Shown piece by piece: positions 63,245 through 64,000 of a DNA stretch of 64,000 nt. Position 1 is the first letter of the stretch; every line of letters starts with the position of its first letter. Source of the stretch: Fimicolochytrium jonesii (taxonomy: Eukaryota); the NCBI RefSeq assembly GCF_025526975.1, contig NW_026515676.1, positions 620,001 through 684,000 on the forward strand, given 5' to 3'. The notes under the pieces were generated by a model. That model saw nothing but the letters and a program-made list of their open reading frames with translations, had not been told where the DNA came from and did no database searches. The translations under genes were made by a program, and so were the position numbers.

Positions 63245-64000
63245 CCTCTACACAATTCTCCACATAGTTCGATGGCGAAACCAGCATTCCACCCCGCCCG
63301 GCCATCACGACCAAGAGACGATGGACGGGATGTCCAACCCGCTGCGATGGGTCCAGATTTCTCTTAACCTCAACCACATCGCCCCTGCTCTTCTTCCTTC
63401 CAGAGCACCGAAGCCCGACCCAACGTGGTCAACTCCAAGGGTTCAACGGATAGCCGGAAGTGGTGAAACCATATCGTCGAATTGCCGCCGGTGGTCCCAA
63501 ATCGCCGCCCAGTCAAGGGTCCTTGCGTATCAATGACCGCTTCGGGTGTAAACACCCTCGATCCGACTTGCACTGTGGCTCCATGCAGGTTCCCGTTGAT
63601 CGTAAGTTCCCCTGTAGACCGCAAACTCAGTAACGTCGACATGGTCTCAGGCGAGGCGTTACTAGTCCCCGTTCGAAACTCGAACCCATTAGTGTCTGTG
63701 CAAATGCCAAAAAAACCTCTCACTTGCATGCGTCCATACCTTGAGATTGCGATCAGTGCAAAATGTGTTGCCAGCGAAGCGCATTTCGAGCATATACGAA
63801 CCTTTTCCCGAACCCTCCCATTACAAAGCCCTCCTTTGGCCTGTGCATGGGTAGCCCGCGCGCCTACGTCGCCAACACCCTTTTCATCTTCCACCTCCTT
63901 TCCTGCCCACAAGGAGAAGGTGAAAGACGCCATGCACACCCGCTCTACACCCACGAGCTCTTTGGACTTATCGTGGTTTCAAGCACTTGACCGCGGCCTT

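Noticed and set aside
63370..63954. 194-aa minus-strand ORF as a host gene
   Set aside because: No recognisable domain or convincing splice structure, and it lies near the window edge; cannot be supported from sequence alone

Overview
Eukaryotic, fungal-style DNA with short GT-AG introns and CTRAY branch points; an early-diverging lineage such as a chytrid is plausible but not provable from this window. Bases 1 to ~50,700 are a nested, rearranged pile of degenerate LTR retrotransposons. I can resolve four Ty3/Gypsy chromovirus-like families (labelled A, B, D, E), three Copia or Copia-like families (C, F, G) and one orphan solo LTR (H), with LTR ends, PBS/PPT and several TSDs readable at base level. 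From ~51 kb there are ordinary host genes: an MFSD1-like transporter, 2-isopropylmalate synthase, THG1, an Arp10-like actin-related protein and an intronless thiamine-phosphate-synthase-like ORF, followed by a perfect 250-bp tandem repeat. The main finding is an apparently intact three-intron gene (8227-8985, + strand, 189 aa, basic N-terminus plus two RING-like Cys/His clusters, own TATA box) carried antisense between pol and the PPT of Gypsy element E; the ORF track shows only fragments of it. Other highlights are a ~38.7-kb inversion shown by swapped TSDs and LTR partners of two inverted family-A copies, Copia-type LTRs with non-canonical TG..GT and TA..CA ends, Gypsy-type capsids in Copia-like elements, Tf1-type self-priming, and -1 frameshift signals. 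Family labels are my own, and all domain calls are by-eye motif recognition, not database hits.
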